From assembly GCA_047495785.1 (NCBI GenBank), contig JBLDXI010000110.1:1-64000 (forward strand): a stretch of DNA of 64,000 nt, given 5' to 3'. Below, piece after piece: positions 35,757 to 48,860 of the stretch. The DNA is from Lepidodermella squamata (lineage: Eukaryota; Animalia; Gastrotricha). Every line of letters starts with the position of its first letter. Position 1 is the stretch's first letter. The notes beneath the pieces were generated by a model. That model was given only the letters and a program-made list of their open reading frames with translations. It ran no database searches and had not been told where the DNA came from. The position numbers and the translations under genes were made by a program.

Positions 35757-36424
35757 CTTGCGTTCAGCATCATGAAATGGGACGCGACACGATCGACAAG
35801 CGACAGTTTTGCGTAGACTCTGCCACTCGACTGCCAAGGGCGGTCCACTTGTCGGCGTCGGCATGGTTGTCGGCATTGAAACAGTAGGCGACGGCAGGGG
35901 CAAACTGGCGGCTGACTCCAAGTCGAGAGACGGCGTTTTCGAGCCAGCCCCGTTAAGGCGTTGCTCATTCGACCTCGTTTCCGCCATCAGCGGGTGCTGT
36001 TGCGAAGAATCGACCACTGCTTCGATCGAGGGCGACTGCGGTTCGTCCGACTCACGATCGCCGTCGTAATACTCACCGCCAGGCGAGTCGTCGTCGTCAT
36101 ACACCGTATTCTGCCGCTCGGTGATACTTTCCAGTTTCGACAAGGCCAGCGACGCACTCGCAGTCATCGAGTTGGACAGGCCGAAAGATGACGGGAAGAG
36201 CTGGGATAATTGAAGGGCCGATTGGGTGGATTGGGGCCAACTTGCGCCGAATCACGTATTTCGCAGGCGGCGAGTCGCCATCGCCTCGTTGTCCCGGTTG
36301 TACATCGGGTACAACGTAGTCGCTGACGTGTTGCTGCACGAAGCCCCAGAACGCTCGCCCAACCGCAGGTCGAACCAGTCCTTCTCGCAGTTGCCAAAAA
36401 ATTTGCCAAATCGACAGGAATGGG
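35757..36424 (-). pseudogene. Myotubularin-related (MTMR6/7/8-type) C-terminal exon fragment plus the start of a FYVE domain
   Basis: HSCRFGKFFGNCEKDWFDLRLGER/FWGFVQQHVSDY/PMY across frameshifts, then EWQSLRKTVACRSCRVPFHDAERK|GT. Bounded by an AG acceptor and a GT donor. Confidence 0.8.
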
Positions 36425-36552
36425 CTAAAATAAAAATACAATTAAATGAGATGATATTAATTTGTCTGATGAATTAATATATATTCCTATAAATATATTA
36501 TTCCTAGACTATTATTTTTCGTTTTGGTTATTTTTCGTATTAAATTTTCGTT

Positions 36553-36709
36553 ATGGAAAACTACTTGCACGACGGCGAAGGCGACGACCAGCCGTTGGTC
36601 CTTTAAATGGAAAACTACTTGCACGACGGCGAAGGCGACGACCAGCCGTTGGTCCTTTAAATGGAAAATTACTTGCACGACGGCGAAGGCGACGACCAGC
36701 CGTTGGTCC
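36553..36709 (+). repeat. 54-bp tandem repeat x2.9 (triplicated first exon)
   Basis: Units start at 36553, 36607 and 36661: ATGGAAAACTACTTGCACGACGGCGAAGGCGACGACCAGCCGTTGGTCCTTTAA. Confidence 0.95.
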
Positions 36710-37580
36710 GTAAGTTTTCTAGTATTCATCATTCAATTGATTGCTACTGTACATATTCTACTAGGTCGACCATCGACTAACGAGGAGAGGCGAGATGTCG
36801 AGCCGATCATCGCTCGATGTGTCGCCGAGCGCCAGGGCCGAGGGAGGCCGACCTTCGCCTCCTGCCTGTGCGATTTCTTTACCAGCGCGGCAGAACCCGC
36901 CGGGCAGTTCTGAGTTACTGCGGCGAGGCATATCTCAATCGGAGGGATGTGGCGGTAGCCAGGGCCCGTCAGCGGGTGCTGGACCAGGAAGTTGCCAGGT
37001 TGGGGGAGATGCACGCCGAACTCGGCCGCGTGGCTGTTGAGGCGGCACGTGCTGCGGAGGACGCTTGGGCCCAGTTCCAGGCTAATCCCAGTTAAAACCG
37101 TTTCAATCTGTTACGCCGCTTGGAAGTACAAGCTCGACTCCGAGCATTACAGCCTAGGCGGTAACTTGTTCGCAAAAACTCAACAAAACTTGTTCTCAAC
37201 AAAAGTGGCCATAGTGAGCGAGGAGTATGAGAGGCCTCCTGCCTGTGCGATTTCTGGACCGGCGCGGCAGAACCCGGCGGGCAGTTCTGAGCTACTGCCG
37301 CGGAGCATACCTAAATCGTAGAGATGTGGCGGTAGCGAGGGCCCGTCAGCGGGAGCTGGACCAGGAAGTTGCCAGGTTGGGGGAGGTGCACACCGAACTC
37401 GGCCGCGTGGCGAGACAGCCGGCAATAGCTGACGGAGGGATGTTGAAATAGTAATGGCCCGCCAACGGGTGCTTGACGAAGAAGTGGCATTATTGAGGGA
37501 GACGCACGAGAGGCTCGGCCGCGCGGCTGCACAGGCGGCAAATGAAGCAGCGGACATCTGGGTTCAGTACCAGGCTAAGT
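36661..37580 (+). pseudogene. Unknown coiled-coil gene (exon 1 36661-36709, 55-nt intron, exon 2 from 36765) with internal tandem duplications
   Basis: The GTAAGT...CTAG intron restores MENYLHDGEGDDQPLVRRPSTNEERRDVEPIIARCVAER. A deletion causes a frameshift near 36840. The module ARQR.LD.EVA.L.E.H..LGR.A occurs three times. Confidence 0.65.
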
Positions 37581-40500
37581 GAACCTGTTCCGTCGCTAGA
37601 AGAACAAACTCGACGCTTGGAGGTGCCCGGGCTGAGGCGGCGGATGAAGATTTTGATCGGTCGAGGTTCGCCTTGGAGCGTCGAGGAGGACTCAGCCACT
37701 GAGTCAATCATTTCTCGATGAATCGCAGCAGGTGTTGGAAGCTGAACTCGCTGAAGTGAAGGCGGAATCGAAACCTTGCTCGGTTGTCTTGTCTTCATAT
37801 CAGGCGTTTCTCCGGGTAAGAAGCCGATGGGCTTGTCGTATCACCATAGTTTAAAGCTGAAGACTTCGTCGCGGCCGCAGTATAGCTCAAGCTTGGAGCA
37901 AGCCGTCGACAATCGAAATGAAAACGAAGATCTCCGCCACATTCGTCAAGAATATGACCAGTGACGATAATTTTGCGCACAACTTATTTTTGAAATTATT
38001 CAATTCGAAAATTCAGAAAATTAGAAAAATATTCTACTAATTACGAATGATTTTGCTATTCCGTCAAGTTATTCGAAAAATGGTAATCCAGATTCTGAGA
38101 TTAGTGCTTTAAAAATCAAATTTTGATCTGCAACAATCAAATAATGAAATTTAGCGAAAATCGGAAAATATTGAACGAAAAATTTTGATTCGCACGATAC
38201 CAATCATCGTTCATCGTTCATAAGCGAAAATAAACCAACCTTAATATCATTTCCCACAGCTTCATTATTGACCTCGTTCATCGTCGAGTTCGCCACGGTA
38301 TTCGATTCCGTGTCCATTCGGGCAGCAGATATGAAGTTTGAAGTAGTGATTCGAGTCCGCCGGCGGCGATATAGCTTTACAGCCGATCCATGTTGAGCAT
38401 CGAAAAAGCTGCACGAAACCGTGACCACGATAAACGAGATAGTCATAGCCACAAATCGTCATCAGCGGATGTAATAGAGGCGTTTCGGTACCAAGGAAGA
38501 GCCATCAGCTTGGGGAAATCGCACTCGGATGTCGCCTCGACCGAGTGGGCTTGCTCCTCACAGAAGGTGGTGGGTTAATTAACACATCTCCGCAAATCGA
38601 CCATTGGCTGTCTTGGTGTACGATTTTGAACGCTGGCGAGTGTACTTGACTTCCAAATAGGGTATCGTTGTAAGTTTAGAAGCTCCGACAACGGCCCTCG
38701 TCAACGAAACAGAGGAACCATCCAGGTCAGCGCTAGAGCCCTGTAAGGAAACAAAATTCCAATGGTTATAAGGCAAAATAACAACCGAGGCTTTATGCAA
38801 ATAAGAATCGGGCTTTTGGTTCGAAAACGATTTCATAAAATAGCAACAGCAATGAAGCATTCGTTAAAATGATGTTTCTCTAAATTTAAGGGAAAAGGCG
38901 GAATTATTAATTTTTCGAAAGCCCAGAATTAAAAATGCTACTTACGAAGTATCAACTGAGCCTGCCGATAAGTGCTTAGATGTGGCTGGCATTGCGAATT
39001 TCGACAGATCAGATCGCATTGGGTTTGAGCTGGTGAGCATGGCAAAGTCTGGATGGACCGAATTCAATTCGAGCGCTGAGAGAAATTTAAAAATCTATAA
39101 AAGAAAAGGTTATTTGTATAATAATCAATTTCATGCAACAGCAAATTTATCAACGATAAATAATTAAAAAATTCCAGGCGGATGCGATAGGTCGGGCGGC
39201 GAGTCTTATTGATAAGAATTCCTTGATGGCCTGGTCGATGGATGATTTCAAACAGACGAGACAAGAGATACTATATGATGGATGAACTGCTGAAACATTA
39301 TCAAGGAGAGAAATAACTAATAACTGAGATCAATGATCACATTTCGCAGCACTGCAAAATAATGCGATAATTGCAACTGTTTATCGAATTGACCTCGTGG
39401 CGCTTTGATCACACCACTGCGTAGCGTGCTAAGCATGCCGGCGTGTTTATCAAACGCACTGCGTCGTCGTTGTGCCACGTGCCGACAGAAAAAAACTCAC
39501 ACCGCACTAGGTCAAACTCATTAACCTCATTTTTACATCTAATAAATTCTGAAGGGCGCTGCGAACGATTTCTTGCAATAAAAAGCCAGAAGAAGAAGTT
39601 TATCATGGCTCCTGGCTATAGAATGAAATGAGAATAAAATAAATCGAATAAATCAGAGAATAAATGAACCGGGAGAATAATGACAACAATTTTCACTGAG
39701 TGATGGAAGCTGTTTTTAAGAAAAAAAGAATCGCCAGCCAACAGCGAACAAAAACTTCGTAAAATTGAGCGACGAGATGCGTTAAATTATGTAGACGGAT
39801 GAGCTGAGAAAAAGTCAATATTTTCAACGATTGCGGGATTTTTGAAACCTCCCGATACCGCAGGCCTAGTCAATAATAGCGACTTCCGCCAAAATAGCAA
39901 ATTTTCTATTTTTCCAACTTACAGTATCCGCTCACATTCACAACAATAAAATCAAGAAAATTTGCGAGATAACATTGAATAATTCGTTTTTCGTATAAAA
40001 AAAATATTCGATAAGTGACCGGAAACCGAAATTAAACTTGCGAGTTTCTCATTGCGAATGACCTTGAACCCTTCGAATAGGTTCGACTAGTGAAAATTTT
40101 GCAGGAGCCTCAAACAAAATTTTTCAAGAAATTTTCAACACAGGCATCACCACTTTTAACTTGATTCCAGTTTAACAAGGCGACGGCTCGTTTCGCAATC
40201 AGCTATAATCATCGGTAAAAATCGCCGTCACAAAGATATCAGAAGAGGGAGAGAGAGAGAAAGGGCATTAAAATTGGCGATACAACGCTTGACGAAAAAA
40301 TTGGTTGAAAATGAGTCATTTTTTTACGAAAATGTTCGCCGTATTTTTCAGCTTCGGATGGCGCCAAGGCAAATGGCCGTTACACACCCGCCTTTTCGAA
40401 TGGTTCAAACCCGTATCTAGCTACAATAAAAATGCTTCGAAGAAGTACAGCCGGTTAAAAGTGTTGGCAAAAAATGAATGGGTGGTTTTACTCAAGAAAA

Positions 40501-41339
40501 GAGCGCTAAAACACGAATTAGAAAAAATCCAACAAAAAGCGCTTTCAATCAATTTTTCAATCGCGAGTATCATCGCTAATTCCCTAGTTCTTCATGGTAG
40601 TCGGTAAAATTCAAGTTGCGCATCATCACCCAAACTAACTACATATACGAACTAAATAAACTAAAACGCGGCCGATCATAGAGATAACCATTTTTCCGAA
40701 CATGAACGCTAACAAACAATTGTTACGCCCAACAAACGAAATTTCAACATATTTTCCGTGATTCAAGCAAAACCCATGATTCAAATAATACCAGGAATAA
40801 TCTCAATAGTTCAAAGTTCAAATCAATATTGCATATTCACTTATAATTCAAACACAGTAGCAGATGTTTTATCGCGCAGATTTTATATACAAAACGTGTT
40901 TTTAACATGAGAACGCGGGGAAAGGTACTTGTAAGAAAATTAGTGAAGGCACAGATATAATACAAAAGCGGAGGTTTCATGCATCGTCAAACACGGGAAC
41001 ATATAAACATTTGACGCAAGCAGATGAGCCGAGCTGGGAACGCGCTCAGTAACTGAAGTCTTGGATGCAAAACGGTTTCCGGATTTGAGGGGAACGAATT
41101 TTAGGCCGGCTTCTACGACTCGCCATATACGCCAGGATTTCCGACGATGCTTGTCTGGAAGGATTGACACCATTCTAGACTGTATCCGGCTCGAAAATAG
41201 GCGTATCGCTTCGAGAGTTGTGTCGAATACAGATTTTTTCAACTTGACACCAGAAAAAATTCGCTTCGGGCTCGGGACAATAATTTTTGATTCTCGATTT
41301 TCATCTCAATTACAGCAACGAAGAGCTCGCCATGCCTTA

Positions 41340-44300
41340 TTTCAGCGTTTCCAGGTTCCGTCGGGGTTCTCCTGGAAGAGCACGAGCGCAAATGAAAGTT
41401 GGCGTCACGACACCGAGGACCGTTCGTAGTCACCAACTTCAATGAGGCCAACAACGACTACCAGTTGGTAGCGGTCGAGGATTCCGCTACGACACTTCCG
41501 TGGATGAACCGGCGTAAGCTGGTCTCGTTTCCGGCGTCGAACTCGTCCCAGGCCTCCACGGCCCCGTCGGAAGTGGCACTCGACGCTCAAGAAAACATTT
41601 CTCTCTTTTTCAGCGATCAATCGACGGGCATCCTGCTCGAGCAGCCACGGCTATCGTCTATTTTCAACTGGTGCACCGTTGTGCCTCATTCTACAATATT
41701 TTCATGCGGTTTGGGCTTGAATCCAGTTGTTGAACTTTGATCTAGGAGTGAGTTCCTAGTCTGAGGCACCCAGGAAAGTTTTCAAGGCTTAGATTTGACC
41801 AAGAAAGCGTCTCATCCCAACTTCAAGGACCAAGCCGGCGTGTTTTACATGTCGGTGGATGACCGGCTCTTCCCTCGGCTTTGTCTCATTCTTCCGGCGG
41901 TCCACGTGCCGCAGGTGATCCACCTCGTTCATGCCGCGCCTGGTCTGGTCAACTCGGCCGGTTCAAGGCGCTGGAGAGGATACGAGACTATTGCTGGTTC
42001 CCGGGCTGCTACAGCGCGGTGCGGCGGTATTGCCGAGATTGTGATATCTGCAAGGTCCGCAAGACGGCGAATCAGTCGACGACCGTGCCCTTGGTACCGA
42101 TCAGACACGCAGATGAACCTGTTCGCGCTGGTTTGCATGGATCTGGCGGAGCCGATCGACTACTAGCCGAGCTGCTAACCCTGTATGACGCCTTTCGAAG
42201 CTGCGACAGCCTCGGCATAGGGATGCTCCGAACCAGTCGGTATAGCCGCGCCTCGCTGATATCATCGCCACCGCCATCGGCAAGGCCAACCCGCGCTCGT
42301 GGCTTATTCAGGTGTTGTGTGCCCTCTGAGCTGACAAGACGGCAGTTCATGAGACGGCCGGCGTCTCGCCGCACGAGCTGATGTACGGCTGACCGGCCCG
42401 CACGGCTATCAAGCTGCTCGCCGGCCCGCAAACAGGACCAATCGACGCGCCCACTGGAATGGCAGCATGCCTCGTCGAACCTTGACCGCGCCAAAGCGGA
42501 CGAAGCCCAGGTCTAAAGGCGTGACGCGGCCGGTCGGCGAGGACAAGCGAGGCGAAGAGTCGGGCTCGAAAGGCGCCCAGGTAGCACTCAGCATTGACAA
42601 GCACGCCGGGGTAGCCGTCGAAGTCGGCGCGCTGGTGCTGATTCGAGCGACAGTCATGTGTCCGTTGGAGAGTACTCCGGTATCGAGGCCGGACAGGTTT
42701 TCGACGCAGACGGAGGACAAGCGAGGACCGGCGGGCGGCGTAAGGGTGATGGGCAACTCACAGGTTTAGCCCACATACATGAGGCGACGTGGTCAATGAT
42801 CGCCTGGTGCCGGAGAAGCCAGTCCAGACCCAAGATAAGGTGGTGGCTAGAATTGGACAGTACGAAGACGCGGCGAAACTGGAATTCGGCCCGAGGAAAC
42901 GGCGAGTGGCAGCGAGGCAGTGCCGAGGATCGACAAGACGCCCATCGGCAGTGCGCTTAACGACTTTGTGTACCAGCGGCTGTATGGATAGACCGAGAAA
43001 GGTGCAGAGTTCCGGCGTAACGATGGGCCGTAACGAGGGCGGTCGTTCCTGGAACGCATGCATGTTGTAGCCCTCGGCCATGCCAGGTTGATGGGCGAAA
43101 TTGGGCGGCTGCTGTAACGCCTGTATCGCCGGATGCTGGGCGTGCGCGGCTTGGCTTTGCCCGTATTTTGGAGGCGGCGGTTGTGAGGAACCCGGCTGGT
43201 AGGGCTGAAACGATCCGGCAAACTGTTGTTGAGCGTGTGGCGGCCGTCTTTGTTGCGACTGGCGCTGCTTAGGCTGGTTTGCGCCCCTGTGCCGAAGCGG
43301 CCTCATTACATTCTCGCTGGGCGCCACTTCTACCGGCGCGATGTTGATGGTCGGCTTCGACTATGTCTTCGTATCGTCGGCGCGTTTGAGACGCAACTCG
43401 GCTCGTTCAACGGCTGCGGCCCAGTTGACCAGTACCGGTAGCTGCGGCGGGTAACCAAAGTCCGCCTTAAACTCCTCGAACCGTTGAAGAGTTCGGTTCC
43501 GGGATTCGCCGGTGCGAAGCCCATCGATGAAAAGCTGGGCGGCCAACTCGTCGACGGCTTCCTCAGGGAGTTTCGGGTGAGTTTGCTTCATGTGGCGCCC
43601 GCACGTGTCGTCGAAGATAACAACCGATTTTTCGGTGCCCCGTTTCGGCCGTTCCCCGAGGGCTGTAGACGGGAAAAATCGCGCCGTTGAAGCTCCTTGA
43701 AAAACTGGTCGATGGTTAAAGGCACCCGAGATGCGGCGAGAACGCTACTACATGCAGCCGTGCACTTCTCATTCAGCAGCCCATGAATCTGTTTGATTAC
43801 CACCGGGGTCGATTCCGGGTCAAGATCCTTCAGGGTCTCCCGGCATCGAGGTGCGAAAGTGAGTAACGGCTCGTTCACCCCCTGCTTCTCGAGCAGGTCC
43901 TTCAGCTTGATCGGCGCCGCTAAGGCCGACGAAATGCTCGACGGGGCGAAGTGGACCCGAGACGACGGGATGGTTGCGTTCGAAGCTGAGTCGTAGGCTG
44001 AGTCATGTCGGGTTGAAAATCCGGATTTCAGCGAACTGGATCGTGGCCGTTGAGGCGAAAGGTCGCGATATTGCCGATCCAACGTGTCAATGGCGAGCAC
44101 CCGCCCCAGAAGCTCGCGGTCTAGGGCCTCGTCTTTCGTTCCTGAAGATCTAAGAGGCGATGGTAGCGCAGCACCTGGCCCTCGGAGGCCACCACGACCC
44201 CCGCGAGCGCTGCCTCGGGATCCTCTGCGACCACGGCGACGGAACGCCCTTGCCGCTGCGAGTTGTTCTGCCAATTGAAATTTCCCGGCCGATGCACCAG

Positions 44301-45413
44301 TGTAACGGGGATGATTGGGTCAACAATGAAGAGACTCACGTCCCGTATTCGTCCTTTTATTATGCAAAGGTAAGGCTCTGTACAAAGCAAAGGTTTAGAG
44401 AACAGTTCAAAGGAAATAAACAGATCGGCTTACCATGTACTCGCCCTGCTGACGCCGTCAGACTTGAAGGAATTGGCGGCGAGAAGGGAAACGATCAACC
44501 GGCGATATCATGCTCCGCTCGGTTCGTGAATAGCAAATACTGCCTAGAAAGAGAGGCGGTGACTTTCTCGCCGTCGACATTGAGTATTGAAAGAAAGCCC
44601 AAGGTATGAGCTCGACCCAGGGTAAGTAAATGATACGAACACAGTGTCCGACGTGGAGCCGACGTCGACAAGGCGGTCGTGAGCAATGAGACACCCGACA
44701 AGAGCGGCTCAACGGCTAGCCCAAAGCTCAAGTGAGATAACCGAAAAATTTGCCCCGGTGTCGATAAAACCATGATGATTGACAGGGCGAAACTGGATAA
44801 GCGTCGACGTGACCCTTTTGCCCTATTAGCTTGGCCAATTCCACTGCGGCAAGAGACAGAGCAGGTCTCGGTCGAGGCCGTTATTGCGGGCAGGGTCCGC
44901 GGAGCCTCTGCGCCACCAAACGCCGATCAGATTTTAAAAAGACATCTCCCGGCCAAGCAATAACCCATCCAATATCTTCGTGAGCAATAACCCATTCGAG
45001 GGTGGTGCCAACGTCAGCGCGAGGAACCGCTTGATGTCGGAAGCAGGATTGCTTTCGCGAGGCGGCGAGGCCTCTATAGCCCGGTTAATTTTGTATTATA
45101 CAAAAAGGGTGAACCTGCCAACAATAAGAACAGTGAAAATGTGGCTGAGCGGAGGCAAGATTTGCATACCGGGTTCGTTAAACTTCGAGGTGGCAGACCG
45201 GGTTGAGCGAGTCAGGTCGGTCCTAACGAGAAATCATCACGGTAAAAAAAGTAAAAAGTCGAGGGTTATAGCTTACCAATTCCTGCAGAGGTAGATTGGC
45301 GGATCGAACTCACAGACTCGCGGATGACTGTGTGATCACCAGAAGCAGGCGCCTTCGCATCAACAGCGCTGCATTGCAACTTGATACCGGCCGAAACTGG
45401 AGATCGCTTTGAC
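41340..45413 (-). mobile_element. Rearranged, decayed Gypsy element: 5' LTR, gag and protease on the minus strand, integrase pieces inverted on plus
   Basis: LTR end ...GTTACA at 44301, then PBS, gag-like frames at 44274-43000 and a protease-like TADG..V..LG region. Integrase HHCC and core (VH....GQLG..CDIC, LVCMDL, GVSPHELMYG) lie on plus at 41795-42400, and the GPF segment on plus at 41340-41560. The outer LTR boundary at 45413 is a guess. Confidence 0.75.
44282..44299 (-). promoter_or_regulatory. Primer-binding site complementary to tRNA-Gly(GCC)
   Basis: TGGTGCATCGGCCGGGAA, 1 nt from the LTR CA end. It matches the 3' 18 nt (TTCCCGGCCGATGCACCA) of invertebrate tRNA-Gly(GCC) as recalled. 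Confidence 0.8.
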
Positions 45414-45661
45414 ACCCAAATTCGCCGGGCTCAAACTCGCATCAAATTTTCTGGAATATTATTTTCTTTTGAGCTGAGACCAAGTTGCCCATCTAAAATA
45501 GTCAAATATTGATGAATGAGATCTTATGAACCAAAAAATTTCGCTTAATTCGGAGTAGCCTGAACAGACAGACATACGGAAAAGAAACGAATCGAGAAGT
45601 AGACTGGTGGTTCGATTCTAAATTAAAAAAAATGAAAATTAGTACCATTGCTCGTTTCAAT

Positions 45662-46719
45662 TAATTACCACTGTCGGCCTGCGGCCTTTGACAGTTGACG
45701 GGGAACTCCGTGACTTTCTCGAACACGTGGGCACGTGTGACCTTGAACATGCCTAACCTAAGACCTAAGTATAACTTTCTTGGACATCCGTGACTTGCTG
45801 CCCAGCTTTGCGCATAACCACGTATCGTGTCACCCATGCGCGACGACGGCGACGACGGGATGGAGATGATCATTCATTTGAGAGTCATTCCGTAAGCGCC
45901 ACCTACACTTATTGGCATCAGGGTCCATATCACGCAGGCCGAGCTGTTATTCGAGATGGGTTGCAAGTTAATGTATCGTTCCTCAGGTGGGCTTCAATTC
46001 GAGCTACAAATCACGAATTTGAATATCTACGTGGTAGTAACATTTGCTTGTTATTCGGTAAAAATAGCGAACATGCATAGCGCACAGCGTGAAAGTTTTT
46101 ACGAAAACGTGAGCGGGTCTGGGAATATGCTATTGCCGTTAGTCTCAGGTCAAAAGTTGCCAGTCGTACATGCAAAATAGTACGAATGCACGAAATGTAC
46201 GGGAACTTTTCATTGGAGGATTGAAAACAGGCGATTTATGACGCCATGTCACGAGAGTCAGCATGTCATCGGATGCTGCGCGTTGATGTCGTGCGCACAC
46301 CGCGGTTATCGACAGCGGCACAGCGCACGCGGCATCGGTTGGCGACTGCACAGGGCTGTAGTATTTTACCGTGTAGATTCGTCGTGCTATACGAATAGCA
46401 CGTTACATGGAGAGCGTGAAGATAGCGTGAAGATTTTCGCACGTCGCCGTGTGGCAATCTTGAACACACCTTTTACATCCTTCTTCAGTAATAACAATAA
46501 TCAATAGTCGATGGTTGTGAGACAGTTGGACAGTCTGTTTTTTTTACGTACACCACTATCCTCCTTCACGATACACCTAACAACGGAATACAGCCTGCAT
46601 GGGGTAACTGTGACTACACCGCTATTTTTTATAGGTACCCCACTATCCTCCTTGACGACCGACAGACCGACAGACCGACAGACGGAACACGGCCTACGAC
46701 AACGGGAGTTCCCCGTCAT
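45662..46719 (-). mobile_element. DINE-1/HINE-like non-autonomous Helentron
   Basis: Perfect 14-bp subterminal inverted repeats TGACGGGGAACTCC (45696-45709 and 46705-46718), a (GACCGACA)3 microsatellite near one end, and a terminal stem-loop ACTGTC-GGCC..GGCC-GACAGT outside the other. Confidence 0.75.
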
Positions 46720-47397
46720 AGAAATAACTGAGTTTAAAGTTGGAAAAAGCTATTCGATACATTTTTGAATTTTTCCTCGTTTTTCAATCAGCAATAGTTT
46801 TAGAAGAAATTCTGGCTAATGGCGAATGAAAAATTGTAAGTACTTTGCAAGTACGCGGCCCTAGCAATTCAATACGCCGCTTTCAGCTACGATTCGGCTG
46901 CTTCGTCTGAGTTGACCTTTCTCCAACTCCATTAGCCTCTGGACGTTCTGCTTTTGAAACTCAACTCGAGCAGCTCATAAAACTAAAAATGAGATAAAAA
47001 TGATACTTATTTTTCTCCTGAACTAGAAATCTTCCATTGCTGAGCACGTGCTTCTAACGGCACGCAATACTTTGATAGGAGGCTGTATGATATATCTTCA
47101 TCTTTGAATCCCCATCTTCAAAATTTATTTAAATTAGTCTTAATCAAATTCTGATCGAGATGAATGGCCAACAATGCCCCCACCATCGCCTGTATTTAAC
47201 CCTGACGACCATCAATCATGTGAAGATTCAAGCGATAATAAGCCCGCTTGAGATGGCCGTGATACAACATCGTTAATCGTCGCTTGATTAACGAGAAATC
47301 TTTGACTAAGAGGGACTACAGGAGGGTGAAGCTCACAAGCTCCACCGCCGCTACCACTCAGTATCGGTACCTGTCTATAGTGCACTCTGTAGCGAAG

Positions 47398-48860
47398 ATG
47401 GGGAAATGGAGTGGCAAACTGTCAACGACACGTCCAAGTCCAAGTTCCGCATCGTGATAGTCGACGGAATTGAGGTGGATGAAGCACCAGGTGCCAAGGC
47501 GGTAATGCAGGCGCAAATTCCAAGCGGCGACCAAGCGGCACGCATGGAAGCGCGATCGAAACACCTTGACGAAGACCGGCGTAAAGCCGTGTGCGTGAAC
47601 TTCTTCGACGGCGCTACTGTTGACGACATCCTTGACGGCTGGGAAGACGTCGTAGACCAGGTCTGGCCTATCAAAGGCACAACGACGTGCTTCGGGGTTC
47701 TCTGCAAATCGGTACGCCTCTGCGAGGAACTCGTGGCCAGAGGGCGCGACTTCCTTGGCCTCCGCATAGCCGCAAGAGTGTGGCGCTCCGACCCAGAGGT
47801 CGAGATATGCAACAGATGTTTGAATATTGGCCATTATACGGGGAACTGTCGAGCAGCTCTCCGGTGTTCTATCTGTGGGCAAGAAGGCCATGATAGTAGT
47901 AGTTGCAAGCAACTGGCGAAGAGGTGCGCCAGGTGTGACGGTATACATTCCGGATTCTACAGAGGCTGTCGTATAGTTAATTAAGGCCGAAGCGGAGCGT
48001 CGACGCAAGGCCGAAGCTAGGGCTGAAGCTAGGGCCATCAGAAACCGAAGCGCCGGTGACGCCACCCTCCGAAATGGCATGTCGTTCGCAGGAGCGACCG
48101 GAGGAAGACACTTCCATCACCAAGCTCCACCACCAGTACCGCCACCAGTACCACCACCAGTCCCACCACCAGTACCGCCGCCAGCACCACCAGGTTTTGA
48201 GTCAACTCAACCGAACCCAAGGCCGACACTTCGGAACAGTCAACAGAACGAGTCAACACTATCATCGGATGAAAGAACCGAGTTGACCACCTTGCGCTTC
48301 AGCGTAGCCGCACAGGCGGCTGAAATTGACCGATTGAACACCTCCGTCGAGCGCCTCACAGCCGCACTAGAGAGGCTGATGAGTCAGGGTCTGCCAGTGC
48401 CACCAGTAGTCGCAGCCGCAGCACAGCCTTTTCCAATCCAATCTATAGGTAGCATCGAAAATCCAACCTCACCACCCTTTCAATGGGACGTTGGTCAACT
48501 CGGCAAACCGATGATTATCCAATCGCAGTTTAGCAATCAGCCTTCCTTAGCACAGCGACAATTTACTGGAGTGCCCCACCAATACTCCAGTAATGCCTAG
48601 TCTTAGTAAGTTCAAAAAGAGTAGAATCACAGTAGTGCAGTGGAATTGCCAGGGCATCAATGCTTTCCGAGTTGATAGATTAGGTGCGTACGGGCCAAAT
48701 TGTGGCGGCATCGCAATCTTTATTAGTCAGCAAAAGCCAATATTAGATTTTGCCGAAGTGAAGTTTACGCCAGCTTCTAGAGGCGAGTGGCTTGCAGTTG
48801 AGCTACTAGCTTGCGAAGTCAACGCCTCGACGAGACTTACGACTGCCACAGGGCACAATC
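47398..48860 (+). mobile_element. Jockey/I-group LINE 5' half: frameshifted ORF1 with three CCHC knuckles and the deleted start of the ORF2 AP endonuclease
   Basis: CNRC....H....C, CSIC....H....C, CARC...H......C. A frameshift near 47980 leads into an SFA and Pro-rich region. ORF2 at 48593 reads VVQWNCQGI/FRVDR...GGIAIFI. Confidence 0.85.

Noticed and set aside
36553-36709. Direct repeats as a CRISPR array
   Set aside because: The units are head-to-tail with no unique spacers, the context is eukaryotic, and no cas genes are present.
37600-41300. Exon-like, GC-richer patches with short ORFs
   Set aside because: No recognisable motif or consistent spliced frame could be built by eye.
47358-48080. 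240-aa minus-strand ORF
   Set aside because: It is the antisense shadow of the LINE ORF1 with CCHC knuckles.
48127-48190. CCA-rich 12-mer repeat
   Set aside because: It encodes the PPPV linker within LINE ORF1 and is not a separate element.
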